Positions 28,201 to 36,764 of a DNA stretch of 59,255 nt are shown here, one piece after another. Position numbers and translations under genes: made by a program. Numbering within the stretch: position 1 is the first letter of the stretch; each line of letters opens with the position of its first letter. This DNA comes from an uncultured Mollicutes bacterium (GTDB taxonomy: Bacteria; Bacillota_I; Bacilli_A; RFN20; CAG-826), in the NCBI GenBank assembly GCA_900542595.1, contig UQOB01000001.1:1-59255 (forward strand). Reading direction: 5' to 3'. A model generated the notes under the pieces. That model ran no database searches, was not told the origin of the DNA, and saw only the letters and a list, made by a program, of their open reading frames with translations.

Positions 28201-28628
28201 TTAAATAAAGTCGCAATGACATAGATCTGCGGCATCCAGGCCCGAGGGAAGATTAAGCAAGAGACAACTAAGAAAGGGTCAAATAAACCATAGTAGGAGT
28301 TTGACCCAATATTATCAGTCCCTAAGAATGTTCCAGTGCTATAGAGTTCAAAGTAACCAGTCTTAAAGAAGTTGTGCCAAGTGTCCCAGAAGTTATAGCC
28401 CATCATCACGTATTGACTGGTGTAATCCCAACCATAAAGGACGCTGAAACTATTGGTAAAAACGGCGAGACCCATCCACAGAATGCCGAGGAAAAGGATT
28501 AAAAGCGAGAAATAAAAAAGGGATTTGGGATTAAAGACAAAAGCGAATTTTTCCCTAAAAAAGACACGCCAATCAAAGCTTTTCTTCCTGAGTTCTTCGA
28601 GTGTAACCGGCTTTTCCTGTTTTTCCAT
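25272..28628 (-). CDS. YfhO-family polytopic membrane protein (putative glycosyltransferase), unusually long at 1118 aa
   Basis: The N-terminal YGWDYTSQY...GTDNIGSNSYYGLFDP motif region and more than 12 TM helices fit YfhO. A roughly 500-aa extracytoplasmic domain is followed by one C-terminal TM helix. Confidence 0.65.
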   Translation of the reverse strand: MEKQEKPVTLEELRKKSFDWRVFFREKFAFVFNPKSLFYFSLLILFLGILWMGLAVFTNSFSVLYGWDYTSQYVMMGYNFWDTWHNFFKTGYFELYSTGTFLGTDNIGSNSYYGLFDPFLVVSCLIFPRAWMPQIYVIATLFKCLAAALALRYYLKYMGVSEGSSRLGAVVFAFSGYINFFAGFPTYLSMAFTLPLILVGIEQVLKEKRITSLVIGLFFCGTISFFFLIVFCFFGVLYAGWRYFQTIKKRKLPDNLIVIGIGVLGFGLGIGMSAWTLLPSIRETSLSGRTMSVGMAYLNALTSSLKGLDIATFFKLMFEPVGLNSGRELQGLIGFFYPTCNYMWLPLAKGSFGGGTYNYDSWTSSLFVYTPMIILFFTAMYGSITRKKWSHLAAIAIGLYMVFTNFSYYFFYAFAGDGYGRWYIILIPVILYYACQELDRLKDEKKCVLPAGTFTAAALTMFTFLITVLVLKDKTIEYVNIDGYIKDHYEVPGTVVFRGATISLMWLVIYQIVLVVGEGIVFLYFHNHKHFKKVLLGFISIELIVSGNISFIYGYMTPYRNFLNGQGYYQETTQVFDRLKDIDNSYYRSYTDSVIDTNSNMVFGYNGTSTFHSLFNYDLSDLARYSYITNNEGIREAYGQEIINKSWSSYYGNKRFSFDNALGTKYYVIRGEGYIKGYDDFTPNVPFGSELVFSTDNYRVYENPYSDIIGFGHAVDNLYQEGLEKDSSTRNSSDFFHNYAGSNATMEIMRNENVYLTGGIVEDDMVDIILEDLNLDNPNNYAVQEAPNRSLSYLKMEKVLKNLRYVETVHNDELQYGFFCVNDEKGINWDPTYFLDHLDDPNVVVKDETYSNSTSNGTKVARDFGKVISYPRSGWGEYFNNDPNGAYFVLDFSSYTNNSQATSFSVAPRIYFVGDKFDEEGNMTEENVLLSYEWNSLNNWITRKVNGSGGSFGFYPEGRVKYIIACYKGNSGTISYRDFTSYMMERSDLETLVAPFTGDNYVLKNVKYWTDNFTFDTDFTERRLVTTSLGYDAGWQLTATDSEGVTQKVNTYRLNGGFLGFVAPQGDFSYHLTYMTPSLKEGAVIAMGCIGGFIAFQGISFLVIYLKEKKEKQTNGNI

Positions 28629-28694
28629 CGGGTTATTTTACTATGTTTTTCTTATAAAGAAAAAACCCAAAGAAGAAAAGTAACAGGATTTTTT

Positions 28695-29609
28695 CTAAAA
28701 GAGTTTGTTAAAGCACTCCGGAACCGGAGCGGTAAAGGTCATTAACTTCTTTTTAAAAGGGTGAATTAAGGCTAAGGTTGAAGCGTGTAAGGCTAACCGT
28801 TTTAAAGGATTAGAAGGTTTCCCGTATTTATCATCCCCGAGGACAAAATAACCATGGTACCCGAGTTGAACCCGAATTTGGTTCTTCCGTCCGGTATAAA
28901 GATTAACCTTCAACATCGCGTAGTTCTTATTGCTCTTTAACTTCTTAAAATCCATCTTCGCTAATTTCCCATGGACTTTGTCTTTCGTGACATAGATTTT
29001 CTGGGTTCGATCTTCTTTTAAATAGTTGACTAAAGTCCCTTCTTTTTCGATATCACCGGGTTCCACTATAGCGATATATTCCCGGGTTTTCACGATATCG
29101 TTCCACTGATGTTGCAACGCGGTCCTGATGATATTGTTCTTCGCAAAAAGCAAAACCCCAGAGGTATCTTCATCCAACCGGTGAACGATAAAGCAACGGG
29201 AGTTCGGGTCTTTGTAGGACAGGTAGTCCGCGACCATCCGGTAAGCAGTCCGCCGTTTTTCTTTATCGCTCGCAACCGAAAGTAAACCACTAGGTTTATC
29301 GATGACGATCAATTCATCGTCCTCATAGATGATAGGAAGATTGTCTCTTTTGTACCGTCTAATCGGCTTCCACGCTAAAGTGACTTCATCTTCCTTATAT
29401 AAGGGGGCTTTAAAGATAGAAACCGGCGCCCCATTGACCCCGACTTGGTGATTCATGATAATCCGTTTGCAATTCTTTTCGCTCTGCTGGGGAAGCTTCA
29501 TTTTCACAAAATCTAAAAGAGTGCATTCTTGATAGACCTTGTAAGTCTTCGTCTTGTCCGGGTTAATTAATCCCCTTCTTTTTCGTGGTTTATTGTTATT
29601 TCTATTCAT
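28695..29609 (-). CDS. RluA-family pseudouridine synthase with N-terminal S4-like domain
   Basis: Catalytic motif HRLDEDTSGVLLFAK and RKNQIRVQL. Confidence 0.85.
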   Translation of the reverse strand: MNRNNNKPRKRRGLINPDKTKTYKVYQECTLLDFVKMKLPQQSEKNCKRIIMNHQVGVNGAPVSIFKAPLYKEDEVTLAWKPIRRYKRDNLPIIYEDDELIVIDKPSGLLSVASDKEKRRTAYRMVADYLSYKDPNSRCFIVHRLDEDTSGVLLFAKNNIIRTALQHQWNDIVKTREYIAIVEPGDIEKEGTLVNYLKEDRTQKIYVTKDKVHGKLAKMDFKKLKSNKNYAMLKVNLYTGRKNQIRVQLGYHGYFVLGDDKYGKPSNPLKRLALHASTLALIHPFKKKLMTFTAPVPECFNKLF

Positions 29610-29610
29610 C

Positions 29611-30456
29611 TTATTTATCTAAATATCTTTGCAAATCCTCTTTTATCTTTTTGAAATCCTGAATTCCAGTCTCAATGAGTTGATTTAGTTTTTCGGGGTT
29701 CGTTTCTTGTCGGCCAATCTTTAAAGGCTTGGAAGGATAGAAGACAAAGGCTCCCCCGAAATCATGAAGTTTATCAAGGAAGGCCATCTGGTCGTTATAG
29801 TTAGGAACATTATTGAGGTAAGCCTCTAAGAAAACAGGGTAATTTTTATAGAACTTCTTCATGATGATTTCTTCGCTCGACCGCTTTTTCTTCCGGTAAC
29901 CACGGGGACGGGTACAGAGAACAACGAGCTTATCCACTCTTCGTTTAAAACTTTCTTCAAAGGGAATCGGCATCACCACTCCCCCGTCTAAGAGTAAATC
30001 ATCTTGATAAGCGGTTGGTCTCATGATGAGAGGAAGAGAAGCGCTGGCTTTCACCCCATCGAAGAAATTAGGATCGCTCTTTTCAATATAGACCGGTTTC
30101 CCCGTTTTTAGTGAGGTCGCTACCGCGTACATCTTGGTGGGACTCTTATAGAAGGTCTCGAAATCAAAAGGAAATTTCCCTCTCGCTCCTTCGTTAAAGA
30201 GATAATCGAAGTCGAAGGCATTCCCGGTCTTCATCAGGTTCTTCCTACTAAAGAAGTTTGGGTCATTCATCATGTCGACTTCTAAATAGCGATTTCGCCC
30301 AATTTGATTAGAGACAAAGTTAAGTCCAAGTAGGGCGCCCGCACTGGTCCCATAAACTTCATCGAAGGTGATACCCATCTTTAAAAGTTCATCGATGACC
30401 CCAGCTAAAAAGCTGGCTCTCGTACCCCCACCTTGGATGATTAACGCTTTAACCAT
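29611..30456 (-). CDS. Patatin-like phospholipase
   Basis: GGGTRASF oxyanion motif, GTSAG nucleophile elbow and the DGG dyad motif (LLDGGV). Confidence 0.8.
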   Translation of the reverse strand: MVKALIIQGGGTRASFLAGVIDELLKMGITFDEVYGTSAGALLGLNFVSNQIGRNRYLEVDMMNDPNFFSRKNLMKTGNAFDFDYLFNEGARGKFPFDFETFYKSPTKMYAVATSLKTGKPVYIEKSDPNFFDGVKASASLPLIMRPTAYQDDLLLDGGVVMPIPFEESFKRRVDKLVVLCTRPRGYRKKKRSSEEIIMKKFYKNYPVFLEAYLNNVPNYNDQMAFLDKLHDFGGAFVFYPSKPLKIGRQETNPEKLNQLIETGIQDFKKIKEDLQRYLDK

Positions 30457-32311
30457 TTAAGGATAAACTCCCACCATTTCTTAAGTAATCGGCAAAGATG
30501 TCTCTTTGCACCATCTCGCTATCGCGGTCAATTTCTTTAAATAGATCTGGATTGGCTTCGGTGACATAGCTAACCGCGACAATCGTATAAGTCTTATTAG
30601 CTTCAATGTTAACAGTGTCGTCTGACCAAGAAGCATAGTAAGAATCGGCTAATAATTGATTAACTTGCATGCCACTGACCGTGCAGAACACATTAGCGTT
30701 ATCAAAGGGGAAAACTTGGTAAACATTGCCGTAGGTAATCTCCCCAGCCGGTAAACTCGTTCTCGCGCTTCCGGTATTCGCAAAAGCCGCGACGACTTCC
30801 GGATGCCAATCGCCCTCTTGATAGTATTCAAGGGTGGCTTTCATCGAGAGTGTCGCTAAGTAACTAGAATTTAAAGATTCATCGGTATAACCGAGGACTT
30901 CATTTTTAATCGGATCGACCACTGTCGCGTAGTAATCGATTAAAACATCGGTATCTTCATTGGAAGGATAACCCATTAAGCCGTAATAGTTATGATCTTG
31001 TGAAGAAGGTTGTTTGAGAACTAATTCCCCATCGCTATTGACGCGGAAGCTGACTTGTTGGATATCGCTTCCGTTGGAATAGCATTGCACGTGCGGAATG
31101 CCATATTCATCGTTATAAGCATAGTTTTCATGGGTATGCCCTTCAAAGACCGCGTTAATATATTTCGCGCCTTTCGAAGTTAAAGATAAGCCACCATTAT
31201 GGATACTGACGACGATGATATCGCAAGCTTGTTCGGTTTTAAGTCTTTCAGCTTCATCTTCAATTAAGTTTCGGTATTTATTGCTTAAAGAATAACCGCC
31301 GAGCGAAGACACGGCGATCGAGCTTTCAAGGTTCCCAATGCCACCGACGATCCCAATCTTATGCTGACCCCGGTAAGTGATCATCGAGGGGCTCGCCCAA
31401 GCTGGTCTTTGGTTATTGGGATCTAAAATGTTGATTCCTAAATAAGGGAAATTAGCGAGTTCTTTATTTTGCTCGATGACTTTCACGCCCCAGTCGAATT
31501 CATGGTTTCCAATCGCCATCGCTTCAAAACCGACTAAGTTCATCCAATTGGTCATCGTTTCTCCGCGGGTTAAGTTACTATCAGCAGTGCCTTGCCACAT
31601 GTCACCGCTACTTAAAATAACAGTGCCTTCCGGGTTTTTATCGTATTGTGATTTATAGAAACTCGACATCGCGGAAATCCCAATCTGTTTTCCGTGGTCG
31701 TTCATAATCGCCCCGTGGGTATCGTTAATCGTATAGAAATCCAAGGAAGTTAATGGAGCGGCTTCTTTTTCCATCTTTTCAGTGGTGATTTCGAGTTTGG
31801 TGATGTTGACGGAACCGACGCTACAAGAGAGGGTGAAATATAAGGCATCGTCTAAGGTATATTCCGTGTCGTTTTGAAGAGTATCACTCCCCACTTGATA
31901 GGAATAAATGGGGTAATCGCTCCCTTTCGCGCTTAAGAAAGTTAATTCCTCGTTATGAGTGAAGGTAACTTTTAAGCCGGTAAACGCGCTGTAGCCGGTT
32001 CTGCTGACTACGTAACCACCGTGGTCAAGAGTTAAAGAGTTATCGCTATTGACGTGGCCTTTTCCGATTTCGAGAGTTAAGCCATCGATGGTCAATAAGT
32101 TTTCTTCTGTTAAAGAACTAAAATCATCAATGACGATAGAGGAAGGTAAATCTTCCGCTGAAGGATAACTGGTGAAATCGCTCGTTGATGAGCTAATCAC
32201 GCTTGACGAATTTGAAGAAGAGTTTAAGGAGCTACTACTTTCCTCATTTCCCACGCAGCTGACAAGAGAAAACGTTGCGAGGAGCGTTAAGAATAAGACA
32301 TGTTTTTTCAT
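30449..32311 (-). CDS. Lipoprotein, bifunctional metallophosphatase/5'-nucleotidase with an extra N-terminal domain
   Basis: Lipobox LVSC. Motifs NDTHG, GDMWQG, GNHEFD and GHTHE, plus a C-terminal 5'-nucleotidase region (YGNVYQVFPFDN). Confidence 0.75.
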   Translation of the reverse strand: MKKHVLFLTLLATFSLVSCVGNEESSSSLNSSSNSSSVISSSTSDFTSYPSAEDLPSSIVIDDFSSLTEENLLTIDGLTLEIGKGHVNSDNSLTLDHGGYVVSRTGYSAFTGLKVTFTHNEELTFLSAKGSDYPIYSYQVGSDTLQNDTEYTLDDALYFTLSCSVGSVNITKLEITTEKMEKEAAPLTSLDFYTINDTHGAIMNDHGKQIGISAMSSFYKSQYDKNPEGTVILSSGDMWQGTADSNLTRGETMTNWMNLVGFEAMAIGNHEFDWGVKVIEQNKELANFPYLGINILDPNNQRPAWASPSMITYRGQHKIGIVGGIGNLESSIAVSSLGGYSLSNKYRNLIEDEAERLKTEQACDIIVVSIHNGGLSLTSKGAKYINAVFEGHTHENYAYNDEYGIPHVQCYSNGSDIQQVSFRVNSDGELVLKQPSSQDHNYYGLMGYPSNEDTDVLIDYYATVVDPIKNEVLGYTDESLNSSYLATLSMKATLEYYQEGDWHPEVVAAFANTGSARTSLPAGEITYGNVYQVFPFDNANVFCTVSGMQVNQLLADSYYASWSDDTVNIEANKTYTIVAVSYVTEANPDLFKEIDRDSEMVQRDIFADYLRNGGSLSLNG

Positions 32312-32446
32312 AGATTTATGATAACTGAAAAGTTAATATTCATAAAGAGCACCTATGAAAAAACCAAAATTTGATCTTCGTTATATTGTTCCGATTATTC
32401 TCGGCCTTACTGCCGTGACTATTTTGGTTTTAATAATTATCTTCAG

Positions 32447-33310
32447 TTAATCGTTATCAGCTTTTTTAAGGATCGGGGAATATAAATCCGTTCTTCGATC
32501 CCTAAAAGTGCCCCAGCTATATCGTTCTTCTGCAATTTTATCTAAATCAAATTCCGCGTACCGGAGACCTTCTTCCACTCTATTCATTTCTTGGACAAAT
32601 TCCCCGTGTTGATCAGCGATAAAGGAACCGCCGAAGAATTTCATCGAACTATTTTTGGCGGTTTCTAAACCGATTCGGTTACTGGCCATAACCGGCATAA
32701 TGTTAGCAGCCGCATGGCCTTTCATGACGTTTTGCCAATGCTTTAAAGAATCTTTATCTAAGACCGGTTCCGATCCAATAGCGGTCGGGAAGAGCAAGAT
32801 TTCCGCTCCCTTGAGGGCAAGGATTCTTGCCGTCTCCGGGAACCATTGATCCCAGCAGATTCCGATACCGATCGTGCCCGCTTGGGTCTTAAAGACTTTA
32901 AAACCAGTATCCCCTTCCGCGAAATAGAACTTTTCTTCATAGCATTCCCCAGTCGGGATATGGCTCTTCCGGTAATAGCCTAAATCAGTGCCATCTTTAT
33001 CGAAGACTTCAATGGTGTTAAAGAAAGTATTCCCCGCTTTTTCAAAGAAAGAAATCGGGAGGACGATATGGTGCTTCTTCGCCACGTCTTGGAAGTGTTT
33101 TAAAAGAGGACTATTTTTTCTTTCTTCCGCTAGATGGAAGTTATCGTAATCTTCCACTTGGCAGAAATAAAGGTTAGAAAAGAGCTCCGGTAAGAGGAGT
33201 AAATCCACCTTATTTTTTGCTGCTTGTTCAATCAATTTATCCGCTTTTTCAATGTTGGCTTTTTGATCTTTAACCATCGAAAACTGCGCAATAGCCACTT
33301 TAATTTTCAT
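32447..33310 (-). CDS. aguB: N-carbamoylputrescine amidase (C-N hydrolase family)
   Basis: E-K-C triad context: LLLPELF, YRKSHIP and GIGICWDQWFPE. It overlaps the upstream decarboxylase/deiminase gene by 11 nt. Confidence 0.8.
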   Translation of the reverse strand: MKIKVAIAQFSMVKDQKANIEKADKLIEQAAKNKVDLLLLPELFSNLYFCQVEDYDNFHLAEERKNSPLLKHFQDVAKKHHIVLPISFFEKAGNTFFNTIEVFDKDGTDLGYYRKSHIPTGECYEEKFYFAEGDTGFKVFKTQAGTIGIGICWDQWFPETARILALKGAEILLFPTAIGSEPVLDKDSLKHWQNVMKGHAAANIMPVMASNRIGLETAKNSSMKFFGGSFIADQHGEFVQEMNRVEEGLRYAEFDLDKIAEERYSWGTFRDRRTDLYSPILKKADND

Positions 33311-35927
33311 ATTTTTGATTTTTCACCTCCGGAAGTTGCATGGTGACGCAGTGGATATTGCCGCCGCCTAAGAGAATCTCCCGGCTTTGGACACCCACTA
33401 CTTCTTTATCTTTAAATATTTCTTTAAAAATTGCTAAGGCTTTTTTGTCATCCGGTATCCCAAATTGGGGAACGATGACAAAATTATCACCTTGGTAGAA
33501 GTTAATGTAAGAGGCGGCTAAACGTCTCCCGGCTACCCGGTTATCTAAGGTCCCTCTTAAATGCTTTAAACCTAAAGCTTCGGTCTCAGTCATAAATAAG
33601 GGGGTTTTGGGAACCGGAACTTTATGAATAATGAGTTTCCGGCCTTTCGCGTCCCTGGCTTTCCTTAAGAATTCATAAGTCATCTTTGAATACTCATACT
33701 GCGGGTCACTGGTGTTATGGCAGTCGGCCATAATGACTTCACCCGGTCTTACGAATTGAACCATGTTATCAACATGTTCATCCGTTTCATCCCCATAGAT
33801 ACCATGCGGTACTAAGATAACTTTCTCTACTCCTAAATATTCTTTCAGGACATCGATGATTTCGTTACGGGTTAAAGAGGGGTTACGGCCCGGGGAAAGT
33901 AAGCACGCTTCGGTCGCGATTAAAGTGCCTTCCCCATCAACAGTAATGGCCCCACCTTCCATGACAAAAGAGGGATGACTATAGGTTAAGAGTTTGAGTC
34001 TCTTACTTAAGACGTAAGCTAAATGGTCATCATCTTTATAGTTCTTATAAAGCCCATCATAAGACCCACCCCAAGCGTTGAATCTAAAGTCAATGGTTCT
34101 TAAGAATTTCCCGTTAGTGACAAATAAGGGAAGGATATCTCTCGCCCAGGCATCGTTATACCTAATGGGGAAAGGTTTAACGTTTTCAAGATTCGAGAAT
34201 TCCGGTGCGACTTCTTGATAGATATCGGGATGGATACCGACATAAACTGGTTCAAATCTTGCGATGGTGGTAATTAAATCCTTAAAACATTTTCTCGCCG
34301 GCACCGCATCATCTCGCCAGGTGTCTTTTCTAAAGGGCAAAAGAACGAAGGTTCCGTGATGTTTATCCCCTTCAAAGGGTAAATAATAGCCATCATTCAT
34401 CGGGAGGGTCTTCCGGTTATCGATATAATCTTCTAAGCGTCTCTTAAAGATATGGAATCTCTTCCATTTCGGAAGATCGATAACTTCAAAACCATCTTTA
34501 TAGGAAGAAAGAATGGTCGTTCTATTCTTCTCATAGTGTTTAACGTGCTCGATTAAGTCCTTCGTCCACACCTCCCCGGGAGCGATAAAAGGAATGCCCG
34601 GCGGATAAATCATCACTTGTTCTTTTGATACTTCCCCGTCCAGCATCTCTAAAGGTAAGACTTTACCGGGGGCTTGGAAGGCTTCCCGGGGCCTCGCTAG
34701 CATGAAGGGGAAGGATTTCTCGAAGTGATGGATGGGATAGGCTAAATCTTTCTTGTAATAGTCTTTGGAAATATCTTTTAAAGCCGCGATAAGTTTCTTG
34801 ATGTGTTCTTCTTTTGTTCCGGTCGCTAAGATGGCCAATATCGCGTACGTCTCCGCGAGTTCCATCTGGATATGGTATTTGGTTCTCAAAAGACGATATA
34901 AAGAGAAACCGTCAATCGTTAAACCATCGAGACCGATGACTAACTTACAAGCATCGAAATCCACTGCTTTTTGGGAGAGGTAATAGTCTTTATCAACCGC
35001 TTTAAAACCGGGAATCTTATTAATTTCTTTTCTGGCGTATTCCCCGTATTCATAGATCTTCTGCATCCGTTTTTTACCCCGGATACTCGTCATATATTCT
35101 CTCGCCCCATCGATGGAAGCTAAGAGCAAGGTGGAAGGAGAAGTACTATTGATAATGTTTAAAGATTTTTGAGCATCTTCCCGACGGAAAAAGCCGTTAT
35201 GACCTAAAAGGACCGAACTTTGGGTCAAGCTACCACCGGTTTTATGGAAACTGACAGATGAAAGGTCCGCTCCGGCGGCCATCGCGGTCATCGGTTGATT
35301 TTCTAAGTAGAAATAAAAGTGGGCGCCATGCGCTTCATCGACTAAAACTGCCATTCCGTGAAGATGAGCGAAGTCGACTAATTCTTTTAACGGCCCGACC
35401 GCGCCAAAATAAGTCGGGTTAATAATAAAGACCGCTTTCGCGGAGCTGTTCTTTAAGATGGCTTTCTTATATTCATCAATCGTCGGTTGGTGAGCAATTT
35501 CTAAATCATAATCGATGTTGGGCATGATATAGATCGGAATCGCCCCGCAGAGGATTAAAGCGTTTAAGATCGATTTATGAATGTTCCTGGGAAGAATGAC
35601 TCTATCACCGGCTTTTAAGGCCGTTAAGAACATCGCGATGATCCCTTCCGAAGTGCCGTTTATCAAAGGAAAAGCATAATCCGCTTTGGTAGCTTCGCTT
35701 AAAAGCTGTTCCATATCGCGGATTACCCCGTTAGGTTTCGCTAAATTATCTAAACCATACGGAGCGTTGATATCGCACTTATAAACATGTTCCCCTAAAA
35801 GCTCGGTCGCTCGGTTCTTGACCCCGCCCATATGGTGACCAGGGACGTCAAAAGGAACGATCGGCTCATTGATATATTTTTTTACAGCATCGATAAAGGG
35901 GGTATCTGTCTGCTTAAGCTTATTCAT
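33300..35927 (-). CDS. Fusion protein: PLP-dependent Orn/Lys/Arg decarboxylase (aa 1 to ~490) plus agmatine deiminase (aa ~510-875)
   Basis: The N-terminal half carries the SpeA-type motif SVSFHKTGGSLTQSS (PLP Lys229). The C-terminal half carries AguA/PAD motifs (ARFEPVYV, NAWGG, DEHVDN, GGGNIHCVTMQ with Cys860). It is a single uninterrupted ORF. Confidence 0.8.
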   Translation of the reverse strand: MNKLKQTDTPFIDAVKKYINEPIVPFDVPGHHMGGVKNRATELLGEHVYKCDINAPYGLDNLAKPNGVIRDMEQLLSEATKADYAFPLINGTSEGIIAMFLTALKAGDRVILPRNIHKSILNALILCGAIPIYIMPNIDYDLEIAHQPTIDEYKKAILKNSSAKAVFIINPTYFGAVGPLKELVDFAHLHGMAVLVDEAHGAHFYFYLENQPMTAMAAGADLSSVSFHKTGGSLTQSSVLLGHNGFFRREDAQKSLNIINSTSPSTLLLASIDGAREYMTSIRGKKRMQKIYEYGEYARKEINKIPGFKAVDKDYYLSQKAVDFDACKLVIGLDGLTIDGFSLYRLLRTKYHIQMELAETYAILAILATGTKEEHIKKLIAALKDISKDYYKKDLAYPIHHFEKSFPFMLARPREAFQAPGKVLPLEMLDGEVSKEQVMIYPPGIPFIAPGEVWTKDLIEHVKHYEKNRTTILSSYKDGFEVIDLPKWKRFHIFKRRLEDYIDNRKTLPMNDGYYLPFEGDKHHGTFVLLPFRKDTWRDDAVPARKCFKDLITTIARFEPVYVGIHPDIYQEVAPEFSNLENVKPFPIRYNDAWARDILPLFVTNGKFLRTIDFRFNAWGGSYDGLYKNYKDDDHLAYVLSKRLKLLTYSHPSFVMEGGAITVDGEGTLIATEACLLSPGRNPSLTRNEIIDVLKEYLGVEKVILVPHGIYGDETDEHVDNMVQFVRPGEVIMADCHNTSDPQYEYSKMTYEFLRKARDAKGRKLIIHKVPVPKTPLFMTETEALGLKHLRGTLDNRVAGRRLAASYINFYQGDNFVIVPQFGIPDDKKALAIFKEIFKDKEVVGVQSREILLGGGNIHCVTMQLPEVKNQKYEN

Positions 35928-35972
35928 GGCACATATCTTACTCGTCTTTCAATAGAAAGATACAAAAGAATA

Positions 35973-36764
35973 TTAATCAAGTAAACCAAATTGACGTAAA
36001 GCCGTCGATAAACCTTTTTCATAAACCGGTTCACTGACGTAATGCGCGACTGCTTTAACTTCTGGCTTCGCGTTACCGAGGGCGACGAAAGTCCCCACGT
36101 GCTTGGCTAAAGAGATGTCTTGCAAATCATCCCCGAAGCCCATGGCTTCTTCTTTCTTAATGCCGTAATGGTTGAGCAATAATTCTAAGGCTGGACCTTT
36201 TTCATGGGGAGCGCTGATGACGTCGCTCGAGAACTTTTCAAAACGGCTGAAGATTAAATTGGGGTTTTCTTTCTTCATAGCCTCATCCGTCTTGTCGTTA
36301 CTAAATAAAGTGAAGCCCGTCACTTCTTGCCCTCGATAAGTTCCATGCGGGGCTTTGACTTCGCTATAGATTTTGTAGAACTCATCATATTCCGGGTTGG
36401 GGGTGCCAAAGAGGATCCTATCCTTTAAACCGATCATTTCAAAACAGAGGTCGTGTTTGGCCGCACTATTGATGAAATTCAAAATATCCTCATGTTTCAC
36501 GAGTATTTTTTTCAAATATTGGTTATCCGTATACACCAGAGCGCCGCTACTGGCCACGTAGCCATCCCAATCAATTCCTAAATCTAAGGTTCCTAATTCT
36601 TTAAAACTTCCATAAGGACGAGAGGTACAGAGGAAGAGAAGAATCTCTGAATGCTCTTTTTGAATCTTCTTTAACGCTTCGATGGTCTCCGGATTAAACC
36701 GGTGATTCTTATGATCAAATAAGGTCCAGTCAATATCAAAAATTAAAGCGCGGTATTTTTTCAT
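35973..36764 (-). CDS. Cof-type HAD-IIB phosphatase
   Basis: FDIDWTLF motif I and GDDLQDISLAKHVG motif, with a typical Cof length. Confidence 0.75.
   Translation of the reverse strand: MKKYRALIFDIDWTLFDHKNHRFNPETIEALKKIQKEHSEILLFLCTSRPYGSFKELGTLDLGIDWDGYVASSGALVYTDNQYLKKILVKHEDILNFINSAAKHDLCFEMIGLKDRILFGTPNPEYDEFYKIYSEVKAPHGTYRGQEVTGFTLFSNDKTDEAMKKENPNLIFSRFEKFSSDVISAPHEKGPALELLLNHYGIKKEEAMGFGDDLQDISLAKHVGTFVALGNAKPEVKAVAHYVSEPVYEKGLSTALRQFGLLD

Noticed and set aside
29611-30456. Patatin-like phospholipase as a CBASS or other defence-system effector.
   Set aside because: There is no cyclase, sensor or other defence gene nearby. It is translationally packed between a nucleotidase lipoprotein and a pseudouridine synthase, so a metabolic or lipid-scavenging role is more parsimonious.
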